From NCBI GenBank assembly GCA_963816355.1, contig CAWFKH010000003.1, positions 832,001 to 896,000 on the forward strand: a DNA stretch of 64,000 bases, written 5' to 3'. Below, piece after piece: positions 63,738 to 64,000 of this stretch. The notes beneath the pieces are model-generated. The model did not search any database, was not told the DNA's origin, and worked only from the letters and a program-made list of their open reading frames with translations. The stretch comes from an uncultured Gemmatimonadales bacterium (lineage in GTDB: Bacteria > Gemmatimonadota > Gemmatimonadetes > Longimicrobiales > RSA9). The stretch's first letter is position 1. Each line of letters begins with the position of its first letter. The translations under genes and the position numbers were made by a program.

Positions 63738-64000
63738 GTGGCCGCGGTCTTCCTCTGCTGGCGCGTCGCCGCGGACACCCCCGATTACCAGGCCGACGAC
63801 GCGACGGGCCGAGGCGCCGAGCTCGAGGGGGGCCGGTGGAACCGACCCGGCACTCCCCTGCTGTACGCCTCCACGTCCCGGGCCCTCGCGTGTCTGGAGA
63901 CCCTCGCGCACTTCGGCAGCACCCGCTCGCTTCCGCTCAATCGTTATCTCGTCTCGATCGCGCTGCCGCAGGCGCTGTGGGACGCGCGCACGCGCTTCGT
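63738..64000 (+). CDS. RES-domain toxin (partial, runs off the window)
   Basis: GTG 1 nt after the antitoxin stop; my translation WRVAADTPDYQADDATGRGA...GGRWNRPGTPLLYASTSRALACLETLAH. Confidence 0.88.
   Translation, partial: MAAVFLCWRVAADTPDYQADDATGRGAELEGGRWNRPGTPLLYASTSRALACLETLAHFGSTRSLPLNRYLVSIALPQALWDARTRF

Overview
High-GC bacterial chromosomal window. Gene order and protein families suggest Gemmatimonadota (inference). It has three parts. (1) 1-16.3 kb, minus strand: a head-to-tail array of at least six ~890-aa receptor-like Hanks Ser/Thr kinases (kinase, one TM helix, TolB/PD40-like beta-propeller), led by a seventh short kinase with a 3-TM tail. Most kinase domains are near-identical while the ectodomains are strongly divergent, and the two domains show discordant relationships, which points to domain shuffling or gene conversion. 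This is the best candidate for an undescribed system. (2) 16.4-59.2 kb, almost all plus strand: housekeeping backbone with a Bor-like lipoprotein, M13 peptidase, rnz-aroA-cmk-rpsA, acyl-CoA carboxylase/methylmalonyl-CoA mutase genes, argS, purM, the rib operon-nusB, hpf-hprK-mannose-type PTS-HPr-EI, metK-ahcY, recO-selB, dusB-larB, a GGDEF protein, and tmRNA (tag ANSQMALAA). (3) 59.3-64 kb: accessory region with a membrane TPR protein, a PiT transporter remnant fused to an IS91-like transposase remnant, and an Xre-RES toxin-antitoxin pair. Several single-base frameshifts (three kinases, rpsA, selB, TPR gene) look like consensus/assembly errors but cannot be resolved without reads. No CRISPR array, rRNA or tRNA was seen. 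All family assignments are from motif recognition by eye; no database search was run.
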